36,731 nucleotides of DNA. Source: Candidatus Micrarchaeota archaeon (lineage in GTDB: Archaea; Micrarchaeota; Micrarchaeia; Anstonellales; Bilamarchaeaceae). A program made the position numbers and the translations under genes. Below the pieces are notes generated by a model. That model saw only the letters and a list, made by a program, of their open reading frames with translations, was not told the DNA's origin and did no database searches. Below, piece after piece: positions 35,442 to 36,731 of this stretch (position 1 is its first letter; every line of letters begins with the position of its first letter). The stretch spans positions 1 through 36,731 of the forward strand of contig JAFGQX010000055.1 in assembly GCA_016935455.1 (NCBI GenBank), written 5' to 3'.

Positions 35442-36731
35442 ATGGCTGAAAAAAAGATTAAAAAGGTAGCAATAAAAAAAACAACGTATTCGTTTGACAT
35501 CAACCGCAGTTATGACTATGAGAAACAATTTAGAATTATTGAGAAAACCCCTCTGGATGAGATTAAAAAGAAAGCAAAAAGCCTTTTTGCACCTTCTGAA
35601 AAAAAACTGCATCCAGAGAAAGAAAAGGCAAAACCCGGCTTGAATCCCCTTCTTATTGGCGGAGTGCTTGCACTGTTGATTCTTTTGGGTACGGGACTTT
35701 TTATCTACTTCCAGCTGAACGCCATTTCTTCAGTTCCTGAAAAGACCGAATTTCCCTCTTCATTTTTTTCCGCATCTCTCCAGGACGGCGGGATGATATC
35801 TTACGGTTCGGAAGAACAGAATCTTCACGCGGGATATCTGGATATTGCATATTCTCTTGTTTCGGTTCAGGAGCCCACACTTACCTTAAGTGTTTACGGT
35901 GAAACACCGCCTTCGCAGGTTTATATACTTTCAAACCCCCGCGACTACACTCAGACAAATTCATTCGGTGATTTTAAGAGAACTCTCAAGGATATCCTTG
36001 AAACAAAGCAGATGGCTGCCAGCGATATAACTGTTGAGCAGCTGAAAACAGTCCAGAAAGGAAGCCTCGTAATAGTTCCGACAGGCAGGCTCCCCAAGCA
36101 GATGGCTGAAGACGGAGAACAGAATATAAGAAGAATTCTGGAAAGGGGCGCGCATATAATTTATATAGGGCAGGATTTTACCGAGGTTATTGATGAAAAC
36201 GGGATTGTACAGCAGACTCCCCAGACATCGCTTGATAAGATAGGCATAATATTCAAAAAAACTTCGCCAACCGCGCAGGGCATCGAACTTTTCCGCCCGG
36301 GTTATACTGCAGAAGGAAAGTCCTCCGATTATGAATCCTCCATTATACTCGGAGCGCTGAGCGTCATTAAGAATACAAACAGCAACGGTTATCTGGTAAT
36401 TATTCCCCAGACTCTTGACGGAGGATGGAGGGAAGACGGAGAAAAGGCAGGAACAGAAATATCAAAACTTGTTTTCCAGACTCCCTGGATTGTCCCCGAG
36501 AATATCCGCCAGTACCAGCTTGAAGAGTCAAATTCAAGCATTACAAAAACATTTTATACCGGCCCCTTTTCAGGCTCGGAAAAGTATATCCGTGCAGACA
36601 TTCTTGGTATTGACAGCGAAGGGTATTACACCGGAAAAGTAATATTCAAAAAAGTTTATCCGGATTCAAATGGAGAGCTTTATATCGATGAAGGGCCGGC
36701 GCTTATATCCTCATCAGTAAGCGGGGAGAAA
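35442..36731 (+). CDS. Hypothetical single-pass membrane protein with a large external domain, 3' end cut by the window (cluster gene E)
   Basis: Not in the ORF track because it runs off the window. The frame is open for 430 codons from ATG 35442. A basic N-terminus is followed by the TM segment LNPLLIGGVLALLILLGTGLFIYF and more than 340 aa beyond it. Confidence 0.75.
   Translation, partial: MAEKKIKKVAIKKTTYSFDINRSYDYEKQFRIIEKTPLDEIKKKAKSLFAPSEKKLHPEKEKAKPGLNPLLIGGVLALLILLGTGLFIYFQLNAISSVPEKTEFPSSFFSASLQDGGMISYGSEEQNLHAGYLDIAYSLVSVQEPTLTLSVYGETPPSQVYILSNPRDYTQTNSFGDFKRTLKDILETKQMAASDITVEQLKTVQKGSLVIVPTGRLPKQMAEDGEQNIRRILERGAHIIYIGQDFTEVIDENGIVQQTPQTSLDKIGIIFKKTSPTAQGIELFRPGYTAEGKSSDYESSIILGALSVIKNTNSNGYLVIIPQTLDGGWREDGEKAGTEISKLVFQTPWIVPENIRQYQLEESNSSITKTFYTGPFSGSEKYIRADILGIDSEGYYTGKVIFKKVYPDSNGELYIDEGPALISSSVSGEK

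Noticed and set aside
31930-36731. Idea that the ATPase cluster is an integrated conjugative element, plasmid or provirus
   Set aside because: No integrase, relaxase, capsid-like gene or flanking direct repeats are visible. The upstream boundary is a normal suf operon, not a tRNA. Composition and the GGTGA/GGAGG start signals look like the rest of the window. This cannot be excluded, because the downstream part lies outside the window.

Overview
Compact, AT-rich archaeal chromosome segment. The gene set is archaeal (L32e, L19e, S4e, L18e, RpoN, aIF1, Rpp29, archaeal-type Adk, deoxyhypusine synthase). The tight packing and lineage-specific oddities suggest a small-genome (DPANN-like) archaeon, but that placement is only an inference. 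The core is the complete S10/spc-type ribosomal-protein superoperon on the + strand (rpl3 through rpl15-secY, about 6.2-19.3 kb). It includes aIF1/SUI1, RNase P protein Rpp29, and a 51-aa S14 gene that is too short for the ORF track. A second conserved operon lies on the - strand: rpl18e-rpl13-rps9-rpoN-tRNA-rps2. Its tRNA-Pro(GGG) gene appears to be interrupted by two non-canonical introns. Housekeeping genes are deoxyhypusine synthase (partial), purB, adkA, serS and glyA, plus divergent Fe-S assembly genes (sufB/mini-sufD versus sufC-sufS-sufU). The most interesting uncharacterised region is a tightly coupled five-gene cluster at 31.9-36.7 kb, cut by the window end. It encodes a 2-TM protein, a VirB4/HerA-class P-loop ATPase, a zinc-ribbon 2-TM protein, a coiled-coil/wHTH protein and a large membrane-anchored external protein. 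I read it as a candidate minimal membrane translocation apparatus. Other notable items:
- a RelA/SpoT-type HD-hydrolase protein inserted antisense between secY and adk
- two adjacent paralogous Lys-rich modular-repeat proteins
- a membrane-anchored protein with about 26 Cys in roughly 26-aa repeats
- homologous Lys/Glu-rich tails grafted onto L22, S3, L24 and S9
- a TTG start on aIF1
No CRISPR array, rRNA gene, transposase or integrase was recognised.
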